Positions 1-10,118 of a stretch of DNA of 64,000 nucleotides are shown here, piece by piece (within the stretch, counting starts at the first letter, position 1; each line of letters begins with the position of its first letter). The notes under the pieces were generated by a model that did no database searches, was not told the DNA's origin, and was given only the letters and a program-made list of their open reading frames with translations. The stretch lies in the NCBI GenBank assembly GCA_963823035.1, contig CAWGKG010000012.1:288001-352000 (forward strand), in the 5' to 3' direction. The translations under genes and the position numbers were made by a program. Origin of the DNA: an uncultured Gemmatimonadales bacterium (GTDB lineage Bacteria; Gemmatimonadota; Gemmatimonadetes; Longimicrobiales; Gaopeijiaceae).

Positions 1-2157
1 CGCGGTGGCCATCGTGATCCCTGCGGAGGGACCGTCCTTCGGGATGGCACCGGCCGGCACGTGGATGTGCACCTCACGCCCCTTGAGCGATCCCTCGGGG
101 ATGCCCAGGAGGTCCCAGTGGGCCTTCGCGTACGAGAGCGCGGCGCGGCCGGACTCCTTCATGACGTCGCCGAGCTGCCCGGTGAGGACGAACCCGCCCT
201 CGCCCGGGAAGACGCTCGCCTCGACGAACATGATGTCGCCGCCCATCGGCGTGTAGAACATCCCCGTCGCCACGCCGACCGTGTCCTCCTCGGCCATCCT
301 CTCAGGGTGCACCCGCGGCCGGCCCAGGAGCTCGCGCACGTCTTCGGGCTTCGCGACCAGCTTGTCGACCTTACCCGCGGCGATCCGCCGAGCGACCTTG
401 CGCGCGAACTTCCCGACCTCGCGCTCCAGCTGACGGACGCCGGCCTCCCTGGTGTAGTTCTGCACCACCGTGAGGATCGCCTCGTCGCCCATCTTGAACT
501 CTTCTTCCGTGAGGCTGTTCTCGCGCCTCTGGCGTGGAAGGAGATAGCGCTTCGCGATCTGGAGCTTCTCCGCCTCCGTGTAGCCCGCGAAGTCGACACG
601 CTCCATCCGGTCGAGCAACGGCCCGGGGATGCGGTCGAGGTAGTTCGCGGTCGCGATGAAGAGCACCTCGGAGAGGTCGAAAGGGATCCCGAGGTAGTGG
701 TCCACGAACGTCTGGTTCTGGGCCGGATCCAGCACCTCGAGCAGCGCGGAGCTGGGGTCGCCCTGGAAGGAGACGCCCAGCTTGTCCACCTCGTCCAGGA
801 GGAAGACCGGGTTCTTGCTCTTGGCCTGCCGCATGCCCTGGATGATCCGGCCGGGCATCGCGCCCACGTAGGTGCGCCGGTGGCCGCGGATGTCGGCCTC
901 GTCACGCGCGCCGCCCAGCGAGATGCGCACGTACTTCCGCCCCAGGGACCTGGCGATCGACTGCGCGATCGACGTCTTGCCGACGCCCGGAGGCCCGACG
1001 AAGAGGAGGATCGGTCCACGACCGGTGTGGTGGATGTCCTCCGCGGTGATCACGTGCTCCGCCTGTCCCTCGCCGTTTCCGGACGGGGCCGCCGCCTCGG
1101 GCTCCGCCTCCTCCTCGGCCTCCGCCCGCTCCAACTGGAGCTTGCGCACGGCGAGGAACTCCAGGATGCGGTCCTTCACGTCCTCGAGGCCGTGGTGGTC
1201 CTCCTCGAGGATCTGCTCGGCCCGCGCGAGGTCGATCTTGTCCTCGGTGCGCTCGTTCCAGGGCAGCTCGGTGACCCACTCCAGGAAGGTGCGGATGACC
1301 TGGTACTCGGCCGACTGCGGGCTGGTGCGCTCGAGGCGCCGCAACTCACGGTCCACCTCGGAGCGCTGCTCCTCCGACAGATCGAGCTCCTCGATGCGCT
1401 TGCGCATCTCCTCGACGTCGTCGCGCTCCTCCTCCTCGCCCAGCTCCTTCTGGATCGCCTTCAGCTGCTCGCGCAGCAGCATCTCCCGCTGCCGCTCGCC
1501 CAGCTCCGACTGCACCTTCGCCTGGATGTCCTCCTGGGCGTCGATGCGGGCGAGCTCGCGCTCGACCGCCACCAGGGCGGCCCGCATGCGCTCCTCGTCG
1601 TCCAGCGTCTCGAGCAGCTTCTGCTTGGCCTCGGTGGGCAGCTCCAGGTAGAAGGCGACCAGGTCCGCGAAGGACCCCGGATCGTCCACGCCCTGGATGA
1701 GCTGGTTCAGCGCCTCGGCCGGAACACCGCGACGGGTGCCGAGCTCGGCGGCCCGCTCGCGCAGCTCGCGGTCGAGCGCCTGGAAGGTCGGGTCGGTGAG
1801 GCTCTGCGGCGGCTGCCGGTCCATCTGCAGCAGCCGGGCCTGGAGCATCGCCTGGCCCTCCTTCTCGTAGGCCAGCGCCTGGGCGCGTCCCTCACCCTGG
1901 ACCAGGAGCTGGACGCCGCCGCGCACGCGGTGCGTCTGGATGATGCGGACCACCGTGCCGACGTTGTACAGGACGTCGGACACCGGGTCGTCCACGTTCT
2001 CCTTCTGGGCGACGGCGAACAGGCGCCGATCGCCCTCCAACGCTTCCTGGACGGCCTCCACGGTGCCCGGTCGGCCGGCGGAGATGGGTACGGCCACTCC
2101 GGGATAGACCACCGTATCTCTGAGCGGAAGAACCGGTAGGGTGAATCGCTCGGCCAT
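1..2157 (-). CDS. lon: ATP-dependent Lon protease (3' end outside window)
   Basis: Manual translation: MAERFTLPVLPLRDTVVYPG (Lon N-domain), Walker A GPPGVGKTS, catalytic-Ser region HIHVPAGAIPKDGPSAG at the left edge. Confidence 0.95.
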   Translation of the reverse strand, partial: MAERFTLPVLPLRDTVVYPGVAVPISAGRPGTVEAVQEALEGDRRLFAVAQKENVDDPVSDVLYNVGTVVRIIQTHRVRGGVQLLVQGEGRAQALAYEKEGQAMLQARLLQMDRQPPQSLTDPTFQALDRELRERAAELGTRRGVPAEALNQLIQGVDDPGSFADLVAFYLELPTEAKQKLLETLDDEERMRAALVAVERELARIDAQEDIQAKVQSELGERQREMLLREQLKAIQKELGEEEERDDVEEMRKRIEELDLSEEQRSEVDRELRRLERTSPQSAEYQVIRTFLEWVTELPWNERTEDKIDLARAEQILEEDHHGLEDVKDRILEFLAVRKLQLERAEAEEEAEPEAAAPSGNGEGQAEHVITAEDIHHTGRGPILLFVGPPGVGKTSIAQSIARSLGRKYVRISLGGARDEADIRGHRRTYVGAMPGRIIQGMRQAKSKNPVFLLDEVDKLGVSFQGDPSSALLEVLDPAQNQTFVDHYLGIPFDLSEVLFIATANYLDRIPGPLLDRMERVDFAGYTEAEKLQIAKRYLLPRQRRENSLTEEEFKMGDEAILTVVQNYTREAGVRQLEREVGKFARKVARRIAAGKVDKLVAKPEDVRELLGRPRVHPERMAEEDTVGVATGMFYTPMGGDIMFVEASVFPGEGGFVLTGQLGDVMKESGRAALSYAKAHWDLLGIPEGSLKGREVHIHVPAGAIPKDGPSAGITMATA

Positions 2158-2427
2158 GAATCCCTCTCGGATTGTCCTCCGCCCAGATTCCGGCCGGAGG
2201 CATCATATCTCTGTTCTCTTCGGAGGCGGGCGGACGCCCTGAGCGGCGCGCCACCCGGAACGCGACCAACGGTGCAGGATCCACGCCACGGAAAACGTGC
2301 CTGATCCGCATGAATCGCTGCCAATCTGACGTGACGCGGTGGGCTGCCCACGCCACTTTTACCCCTGGTGCGGCGAAGTTAGGTTGGCACCTTCACCGGC
2401 CTTGCGCCACCTCACGGGTGAGCCATC

Positions 2428-3051
2428 ATGAGCGGAATGCTCGACGGTCTGACGTGGTTCCGCGGCTCGTCGGTCCGAATCCGGCGGGCGGGGCTCGAGA
2501 TCCACGTGGATCCGATCGGCGTCAGCGACGACTCCAAGGCCGACTACATCCTCCTCACGCACCCCCACTACGACAACTTCAGCGAGTCCGACATCGACCG
2601 GGTGCGTACGCCGGAGACCGTGGTCGTGGCCCCGGCCACGATGAAGAAGCTGCTCGACGACGCCGACCACTTCATGCGGCCCGGGGACATGCTCCAGCTC
2701 GACGGCATCGACGTCCTCGCCGTCCCGGCGCACAACGTGGGCAAGCGCTTCCACCGTCCGGAGCAGGGTTGGCTCGGCTACGTCTTCACGGTCGACGGCA
2801 CCACCTTCTACCATGCCGGCGACACCGACTTCCTGCCGTCGATGTTCGGGATACGCTGCGACGTCGCCTTCCTTCCGTGCGGGGGACACTACACGATGGG
2901 TCCGGAAGACGCGGCGCGCGCGGCCGCGGCCTGCGCGGCCTCCGCCGTGATCCCCATCCACTGGGGGGAGCCCCACGCGACGCTCGAGGACGTGGAGCGG
3001 ATCCGGGACCTCTTCGACGGAGAGGTCCACATCCTGGAGCGTGAAGCCTGA
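2428..3051 (+). CDS. MBL-fold metallo-hydrolase
   Basis: THPHYDN, VPAHN, YHAGDT and PIHWG motifs. Confidence 0.88.
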   Translation: MSGMLDGLTWFRGSSVRIRRAGLEIHVDPIGVSDDSKADYILLTHPHYDNFSESDIDRVRTPETVVVAPATMKKLLDDADHFMRPGDMLQLDGIDVLAVPAHNVGKRFHRPEQGWLGYVFTVDGTTFYHAGDTDFLPSMFGIRCDVAFLPCGGHYTMGPEDAARAAAACAASAVIPIHWGEPHATLEDVERIRDLFDGEVHILEREA

Positions 3052-3088
3052 CAGCCCGTGGCCTGATCCCACGACACAAGGACGCACC

Positions 3089-4742
3089 ATGCGCCTCGCG
3101 ACGACCCTCCTCGTCCTCGCCCTCGCGGTCGAGCCGGCCACGGCCCAGGTGACCAGCCCGGCCACGCGCTCCGGACGATCCACGGTCTACGCCCCGAGGG
3201 GGGCCGTCGGAACGAGCCAGCCGCTCGCCACCGGCGCGGCGCTGAAGATCCTGGAGGCGGGTGGCAACGCCTTCGACGCGGCGGTCGCCGCGGCGGCCGT
3301 GCTCAACGTGACCGAGCCGTACATGACGGGCATCGGCGGCGACATGTTCGCCCTGGCCTGGTCCGCGAAGGAGGGTCGACTGGTGGGGCTGGACGCGAGC
3401 GGTCGTTCGGGGTCGAACACCCCGACCGGCGAGGCGCTGCGCGCCGCCGGCGAGGAGAGCGTTCCGTATCGCGGGCCCCGCTCCATCACCGTGCCCGGGG
3501 CGCTTTCCGGCTGGAACGCTCTCGTGACGCGCTACGGGAAGCTGACGCTCGGCCAGGTGCTCGAGCCCGCCATCCGGATCGCCGACGGAGGGCTTCCCCG
3601 TGACCCCCATCATCGCCCAGGACTGGCAGAACACGGTGGACGTACTGCGCGAGGATGAAGGGGCGTCCGCGACGTTCCTCATCGACGGTGAGGCGCCGCG
3701 CGCAGGCCAGTGGTTCCGCAACCCGGACCTGGCGCGGACCTTCCGGCGCATCGCGGAAGGGGGCCCCGGCGCCCTCTACGGGGGCGCGCTCGGCGGGGAG
3801 ATCGTCGAGGCCCTCGGCGCGATGGGCGGCTGGATCACGCTCGACGACCTGAAGGCGCAGGAGGTTCGGTGGGTCGAGCCCATGTCGGTGGACTACAAGG
3901 GCTACACGCTGTGGGAGCTGCCCCCCGCCGGCCAGGGCGTGGCGGCGCTCGAGATGCTGAAGATGCTCGAGGGGTTCGACCTGAAGGCGATGGGGCACAA
4001 CTCCGCGCAGTACCTGCACACGCTGATCGAAGCCAAGAAGCTCGCGTACGCCGACCTGGCCGAGTACGTGGCCGACCCCGAGTACATGCGGATCGACCCG
4101 GCGCGCCTCCTCGACCCGGCGTACGTGAAGTCGCGGGCGGCGCTCATCGACCCGGCACACGCGGCCCGCCGAACCGAGCCCGGGAAGCCGATCACGGACA
4201 GCGAGACGATCTACCTGTCGGTGGCGGACGAGGACGGCAACATGGTCTCGTTCATCTGCTCGATCTACGAGTACTTCGGCTCCGGCGTGGTGGTGCCCGG
4301 CACCGGCTTCGTGCTCCAGGACCGCGGCGCCGGCTTCAACCTGGAAGCGGGCTCACCGGACGAGATCGGGCCCGGCAAGCTGCCCTTCCACACGATCATC
4401 CCGGCGTTCGTCACGAAGGACGGCGCTCCCTGGCTCTCCTTCGGCGTGATGGGCGGCTCGATGCAGCCGCAGGGACACGTCCAGGTGCTGCTCGACCTCC
4501 TCGAGTTCGGAATGGACCTGCAGGAGGCCGTGGACGCTCCCCGCTTCCGGCACTTCAGCGGCGCGACCGTCGCGATCGAGAACCTGCCGGACAGCGTCGC
4601 GCAACAGCTGCGCACCATGGGTCACGAGCTGCGCAGCCCGAACGGCGTGGCCTTCGGCGGCGCCCAGGCCGTCATGAAGCTGGAGCGCGGATGGGCGGCC
4701 GCGTCCGATCCGCGCAAGGACGGCATGGCGGCGGGACGTTGA
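3089..4742 (+). CDS. ggt: Gamma-glutamyltransferase with signal peptide (frameshift ~3595)
   Basis: GGNAFDAAVA, TGIGGD, nucleophile Thr in ETIYLSV, PFHTIIP, GGSMQPQG, ASDPRKDG; split over ORFs 3041-3658 and 3600-4742. Confidence 0.9.
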
Positions 4743-5584
4743 TGTCCGACTTCATCATTCCCTTCGATCGCCTCCCGCCCCGCTTCGCCGAGAGCATCCG
4801 GCATCCGCCCCAGGTGCCCGCAGCTGCCCGCGCGGCGGCCACCATCGTGCTGATGCGCGACGGCGCGGACGGAGTCGAGGTGCTGCTGCTCCGGCGGGCG
4901 CGCACCGCCGGCTTCGTTCCGGGCGCCTATGTCTTCCCGGGCGGACGCGTCGACGGCGCGGACGCCGAGCCGCACATCGTCGCCCACCTGGACGGCCTGG
5001 ACGCCGACGCGGCCGCCGCCCGTCTCGAGCTTGCCGACGGCGATCCTCCCGCGCTGGCGTACTACCTGGCCGCCATGCGCGAGGCGTTCGAGGAGACGGG
5101 GATCCTGGTGGGACGGGGCGCCGACGGATCCGATCCATCCACCGCGGCGGAGAGCCCGGAGGTGGACGCCGTCCGCGACGACCTCATGGAGGACCGCATA
5201 GGCTTCGCCGAAGCGCTGGAGCGCATGGGGTGCCGGCTGGCCGGCGGCGCCGTGGAGTACCTGGCGCACTGGATCACCCCCGAGCCCGAGCCCCGCCGCT
5301 ACGACACGCGCTTCTTCGCGGCCCGGGTGCGGGAGGGCGCGCCCGCGATCGTCGATCGGCGGGAGATGACCGACGCGGTCTGGCTCACGCCCGAGGCCGC
5401 GCTCGCCAGGAACGAGGACGGTACGCTGCCGATGGTCTTCCCGACGATCCACACGCTCGCGGACCTGCGGAGCTTCGACGACGTCGGCGCGGTGCTCGCG
5501 GCGCTTCGCCGTCGCAGGATCCCGTCGATCATGCCCCGCCTGGTGATGACACCCACGGGCATCGCGATGGAGCTGGACGGATGA
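4742..5584 (+). CDS. NUDIX hydrolase
   Basis: FPGGRVD...REAFEETG Nudix box with insertion; WITP..RRYDTRFF; ATG overlaps the ggt stop. Confidence 0.88.
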   Translation: MSDFIIPFDRLPPRFAESIRHPPQVPAAARAAATIVLMRDGADGVEVLLLRRARTAGFVPGAYVFPGGRVDGADAEPHIVAHLDGLDADAAAARLELADGDPPALAYYLAAMREAFEETGILVGRGADGSDPSTAAESPEVDAVRDDLMEDRIGFAEALERMGCRLAGGAVEYLAHWITPEPEPRRYDTRFFAARVREGAPAIVDRREMTDAVWLTPEAALARNEDGTLPMVFPTIHTLADLRSFDDVGAVLAALRRRRIPSIMPRLVMTPTGIAMELDG

Positions 5585-6093
5585 CCGCGACCGAGCGCTG
5601 GCTGCGCGGCCCCGTGCCGGACGTTCCCGCCCCACTGCAACCTGTGGCCCATGCGCTTCTCCAGGCGCAGGAGGAGATCGGGGGAGCGGTGGCCGGCTTC
5701 TCGGAGGATCAGCTCGTCGCTCGGCCGGGAGGGGTGGCCTCCCTCGCCTTCCACCTCTTCCACCTCGCGGGAAGCACGCGTCGGCTCCTGACCGCCGCGC
5801 GCGGGGAGCCGATCACCACGGAAGACCGCGAGGCTCGCGCGCGCGAAAGCGTCGGCGAGTTCACCACGGAGCTCGACGAGTTGCTCGAAGGGCTGCACCG
5901 CAGCTTCGACGACGTGCTCGCCCACCTCCGCGACACCGACCCCGACACGCTCACCGAAGCACGCCAGGTGGGACGCATGCACCTCCCATCCACCGTCGGC
6001 GGCTTGCTCTTCCACATCGCCGAGCACGCCGCCCGCCATGCCGGGCAGGTGGTGACCACGGCGAAGCTCATTCGAGCGGAGACAGCGTCATGA
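5581..6093 (+). CDS. DinB family protein
   Basis: MTATERWLRGPV start; FHLFHLAGS and HIAEHAARHAGQ His motifs. Confidence 0.85.
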   Translation: MTATERWLRGPVPDVPAPLQPVAHALLQAQEEIGGAVAGFSEDQLVARPGGVASLAFHLFHLAGSTRRLLTAARGEPITTEDREARARESVGEFTTELDELLEGLHRSFDDVLAHLRDTDPDTLTEARQVGRMHLPSTVGGLLFHIAEHAARHAGQVVTTAKLIRAETAS

Positions 6094-6650
6094 GGAGATC
6101 GATCGTGGTCGGCGCGCTCACGGCCCTGACCGCGTGCGCGCCGCGCGGCGGCCCGTCGCCTACCCTCGCGCGGAACGAGCTCGTGGCCCGCACGCTCATG
6201 GATGCGTGGCAGTCCGGGGACCAGGATGTTCTTTCGGACCTCTTCTCCCCGGACGCGGTCTACGACGACTTCCCCAACCAGCAGCAGTACCAGGGCATCC
6301 AGGAGATCGTCGGCTACGTGCAGGCCGTCCATGCGTGGGCGGACGGCCTGAGCATCGACGTCTCGGCCGTTCATCCTTCCGAGGAGGGCGCCACCGTCGA
6401 ATGGGTGTTCAGCGCGACGCAGTCACGACCCATCGGCAACCGTGTGCCCGTCGCGACGGGCAACGAGGTGGTGCTGAACGGCGTGACCATCCTCGAGATC
6501 CGGAACGGGCGCATCCACCGGGCGGCCGACTACATCGACGCGCTGGCCCTGGTCCTCCAACTGGGCGGCGAGGTGCACATGCCGGGCGGAGGCGTGATAC
6601 GCCTGGACGACATCCTTCCCCCCGTGGACACGGCCGGAGCTCGGCCATGA
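6090..6650 (+). CDS. SnoaL/NTF2-like lipoprotein
   Basis: Lipobox LTAC; LFSPDAVYDD and NGRIHRAADYID NTF2-like pattern. Confidence 0.75.
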   Translation: MRRSIVVGALTALTACAPRGGPSPTLARNELVARTLMDAWQSGDQDVLSDLFSPDAVYDDFPNQQQYQGIQEIVGYVQAVHAWADGLSIDVSAVHPSEEGATVEWVFSATQSRPIGNRVPVATGNEVVLNGVTILEIRNGRIHRAADYIDALALVLQLGGEVHMPGGGVIRLDDILPPVDTAGARP

Positions 6651-7420
6651 GCGGACGGCCGTGGGTGCTGTCGGAGGCCACCTGGTCGACCGTGCGCGAC
6701 GATCCATACGAGGTGGCGGTCCTGCCGTGGGGCGCGACCGAGGCGCATAACCTGCACCTGCCGTACGGCACCGACTGCTACGAGACGACGGCGGTGGCGG
6801 AGGCGGCCGCCGCGATCGCGTGGAAGGCCGGGGCGCGCGTCGTGGTGCTTCCGACCCTCCCCTTCGGCGTGAACACGCAACAGCTCGACATCCCGCTCAC
6901 CGTCAACATGAAGCCGAGCACGCAGGCGGCGGTGCTCGCGGACGTGGTGGAGAGCCTCGAGGCACACCGCGTGTCCAAGCTGCTGGTGCTGAACGGTCAT
7001 GGTGGCAACGACTTCCGCCAGATGATCCGGGAATTGCAGGCGGCCACGCCGCTCTTCCTGTGCGCGGCGAACTGGTTCACGTTCCCCGGCACGCTGGACG
7101 CCTTCGAGGACCCGGGGGACCACGCCGGCGAGGCCGAGACGAGCCTGATGATGCACCTGCGGCCGGAGCTGGTCCTCCCCCTCGACGAAGCCGGACCGGG
7201 CGCCGCCCGCGAGTGGAGGGTAGCGGCCTTCCGGGAGCGCTGGGTGTGGGCACCGCGTCAGTGGACGCGCGTCACGAGCGACACCGGGGTCGGGGACCCC
7301 GCACCCTCCACGGAGGAGAAGGGGGCCCGCTACTTCGACGCCGTCACGAAGAAGCTGGCGGATTTTCTGGTCGATCTGAGTGGGATGGATCCGACGGATC
7401 TGTACTTCGCGGGCCCGTGA
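6647..7420 (+). CDS. Creatininase family amidohydrolase
   Basis: GATEAHNLHLPYGTD, NGHGGN, DHAGEAETS. Confidence 0.9.
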   Translation: MSGRPWVLSEATWSTVRDDPYEVAVLPWGATEAHNLHLPYGTDCYETTAVAEAAAAIAWKAGARVVVLPTLPFGVNTQQLDIPLTVNMKPSTQAAVLADVVESLEAHRVSKLLVLNGHGGNDFRQMIRELQAATPLFLCAANWFTFPGTLDAFEDPGDHAGEAETSLMMHLRPELVLPLDEAGPGAAREWRVAAFRERWVWAPRQWTRVTSDTGVGDPAPSTEEKGARYFDAVTKKLADFLVDLSGMDPTDLYFAGP

Positions 7421-7814
7421 CCGAGTCCTTCGGGACGAGGAGGTCCTCGGCCACCAGGATCTCGGCGCCGGTGCGCAGGGCGAGTGCGACCGAATCGGAC
7501 GGCCGCGCATCCAACGTGAACCGCCGCTCGTCGCGCCCGAGGAAGAGCTCGGCGTAGTACGTCCCTTCCTCGCGGCGGTCGATGGCGATCGTGGTGAGCT
7601 GTCCGCCGAACGCGCGGATGATCGTCACCAGGAGGTCGTGCGTCATCGGACGGGCGAGGCTCATGTCCGCCAGCTCGATGGCGATCGCGCTCGCCTCGCT
7701 CGGTCCGATCCAGATGGGGAGGATCCGGTCTCCCTCCGCCTCGTGCAGGATCATCACGGGCGTGTTGTCGTTCCGGTCGAGACCCAACGAGCCGACCGTG
7801 ACCTTCACGAGCAT
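7344..7814 (-). CDS. Bifunctional nuclease family (DUF151), copy 1
   Basis: LPIWIGPSEA, RPMTHDL, DARPSDSVALALR; GGAGG upstream of the ATG at 7814. Confidence 0.88.
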   Translation of the reverse strand: MLVKVTVGSLGLDRNDNTPVMILHEAEGDRILPIWIGPSEASAIAIELADMSLARPMTHDLLVTIIRAFGGQLTTIAIDRREEGTYYAELFLGRDERRFTLDARPSDSVALALRTGAEILVAEDLLVPKDSVTGPRSTDPSDPSHSDRPENPPASS

Positions 7815-8789
7815 GGTCGATCCTCCCGTTCCGCCCGCCCCGTCCCACCACTTCAGGGCGCGCAGCGCGCGAAGCGTGTTCCAGCGGCTGGACGCGTGGA
7901 TGCGCTCGAGCTTGAAGTACGTCTTGCCCCGGTAGCGGTTCTCGAGTCGCCAGCGGCCGTCCTCGTGTCGCTTTTCGCGTAGCATGCCGATCGCGTCGGA
8001 GAGTCGCTCGTCCGCGGGGAGCGTCGACGACCCTGAAGTGGTCGAGCCCGCGAAGGATGTCGTAGTGCCAGCGCGGGGGAAAGGAGAGGCGGGTGAAGAT
8101 CGGCTTGATGACGGCCCCGGTGCGGTGCGAGCGGTACATCCGGTGGGCGAGGAAGAACTCCCGCCCCTGTCGCCTGCGCCTCACGGATCGCGCGCACCTT
8201 CGCGCTTCGCGGATGCAGCTCGTAGTGGCGCAGTCCCTCGAGCACGCTGATCGTCGTGTGTACCGACGAGTGCGTGGCACCGCGCGGTCGCTGGCAGTTC
8301 CATCCGCCGTCGGCCATCTGCTGCGCGAGCAGATGGTCGGCGACGACGTCCAGGCGGTCGTCGTCGTGCTGGAAGTACGAGAGGAGCGAGAGCACCATGC
8401 CCGTGATGCACGTCTCGCTCTGCCCCCGCCACCCGTAGTTGATGCCCCCGTCCCTCTGCAGGCCCCGATCGAGGAGAAGGCCGCAGGCCTTGCGAGCCCC
8501 CGCGTTCTCCGGCGTGAGGCCGAAGTCGCGCAGGAGCAGCATGGTGTAGGTGGTCGAGATCCACTTCGGAGAGTAGAGGCCGCTGTCCGGGCTTCTCGCC
8601 GGCGGCCCACCTCCCGTCGGCCCCCTGCTGCGCGAGCAGGCGTTCGCCCCACCCGCCCGCGGCCACCTTGCGGCGCTCGCGCTCGACCGCGGTCGGGTCG
8701 GCTCCCATCAGGTCGCGGAGCGTCTGCCAACGGATCGAAGGGTCCCCGGCGAGCAGCCAGTCGACCACGGGATCGGACGCGACCTTCAC
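7815..8789 (-). CDS. Prenyltransferase/squalene-cyclase-repeat-like protein (several frameshifts)
   Basis: WLLAGDPSIRWQTLRDL, QMADGGWNC, HSSVHTTISVLEGL, FPPRWHYDILRGLD, SRWNTLRALR spread over frames. Confidence 0.7.
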
Positions 8790-9235
8790 GGCTTGTCCTC
8801 CTCGTCCTCGTCTCCGGCCGTCTCCTGCCACTCCTCGAGCTCCGCGATCGGGGGCAGGAGGAACGCCCCGTTGACCGCGATCTCGGCGCCGGCGCGCAAC
8901 GCCGCCGCGATCGAGTCCGACGGACGGGCATCGAGCGTGAGCGTGCGGCCGTCCCGCTCGAGGAAGAGCTTGGCGTAGATCGTGGACTGCTCGACGCGGT
9001 CGATCACGATCCTGGTGAGCTTCCCGCCGAACCCGTCGATGACGCTCAGCATGAGGTCGTGCGTGAGCGGGCGCACGAAGGTCTTGCCGGCGAGCTGCAC
9101 CGCGATCGACGCCGCCTCGTTCGGGCCGATCCATATCGGGAACTCACGATCGTCGTCGTCTCCCGCGAGGATGACGACCGGCGTGTCGCTGCGCGGGTCG
9201 AGAGCCAGGCGCTTCACCCGGACGCTCACCAACAT
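8786..9235 (-). CDS. Bifunctional nuclease family (DUF151), copy 2
   Basis: FPIWIGPNEA, RPLTHDL, DARPSDSIAAALR. Confidence 0.88.
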   Translation of the reverse strand: MLVSVRVKRLALDPRSDTPVVILAGDDDDREFPIWIGPNEAASIAVQLAGKTFVRPLTHDLMLSVIDGFGGKLTRIVIDRVEQSTIYAKLFLERDGRTLTLDARPSDSIAAALRAGAEIAVNGAFLLPPIAELEEWQETAGDEDEEDKP

Positions 9236-9305
9236 GGGCTCCTCCCTTCCGCCCGAGCGGGCGGGCACGCGTCGGCGATCGGGGCCACGTTTGCGCGTGC
9301 CGTCC

Positions 9306-10049
9306 TCACCTTCGGCCGCCTCGGCCGAACGCCTCCAGCATCCTCTCCTCCGAGGGGGGGTGCAGGAGGCTCTCGTCCACGAACGCGTCCACCCCCGGAT
9401 AGGCGGTGGCGCGGATCCTGCACGCGGCTTTTTCGAGGTCGTATTCCGTCCGTCGCAGCCGGACGTCCGGACCGAGCAGGAGCCAGTACGCACCCGGCTC
9501 GCCGAAGGGCATCCCGACGCTGCCGGCGTTGACCACGCGCATGTCGCCGACCGTCCTGTCGAACTGCATGTGCGTGTGGCCGCAGACGAGCACGTCCGCG
9601 CTCGCGCCCTCCATCAGTCGCGCGACATCCTCCTCCGGCGTGAGGCGCGTGAAGACGTGCGCGTCGCTCGTGGGCGTGGCGTGGCAGAAAAGCACGTCAC
9701 CCATACCCGGGACCGACGCGCGCAGCGTCGACGGCCATGTCCTCATGAACCGTACCTGCTCGTCCTCGAGCTGCGCGCCGGACCAGCGCACGGCTTCCCG
9801 GAACGGCTCGGGCACGCGGCTCTCGACGCCGTCCAGCTCTGCGAGCAGGTCGGTCTCGCCGTTTCCGTGGATGAACTCCGTGGGAAGCGCGATCTCGGTC
9901 AGCCGAGTGAGCGCTTCGCGCGCCATCGGTCCAGGAACCACGTCCCCCCCGACCACGACGCGGTCCACGCCCTCGCGCGCCATGTCGTCGAGGACGGCCT
10001 CGAGGGCGGGTAGGTTGCCGTGGACATCGTAGAGGGCCGCGATTGGCAT
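9306..10049 (-). CDS. Metallophosphoesterase
   Basis: DVHGN, GGD, GNGE, CH, GHTH motifs. Confidence 0.88.
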   Translation of the reverse strand: MPIAALYDVHGNLPALEAVLDDMAREGVDRVVVGGDVVPGPMAREALTRLTEIALPTEFIHGNGETDLLAELDGVESRVPEPFREAVRWSGAQLEDEQVRFMRTWPSTLRASVPGMGDVLFCHATPTSDAHVFTRLTPEEDVARLMEGASADVLVCGHTHMQFDRTVGDMRVVNAGSVGMPFGEPGAYWLLLGPDVRLRRTEYDLEKAACRIRATAYPGVDAFVDESLLHPPSEERMLEAFGRGGRR

Positions 10050-10118
10050 CTCGGCATCACGGTACAACATCCTCGGGGCCCACGACATGGCGGCCCACGA
10101 GGGCGGATCCCCGAACCC

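Noticed and set aside
61..2139. 692-aa plus-strand ORF and other long shadow ORFs (14791-17160, 29606-32623, 55969-58557)
   Set aside because: They are antisense or off-frame shadows of real genes in high-GC DNA and carry no motifs of their own.
2295..2406. Sigma-54 promoters between lon and the MBL gene
   Set aside because: The TGGCA/GGCAC candidates lack exact GG-N10-GC spacing.
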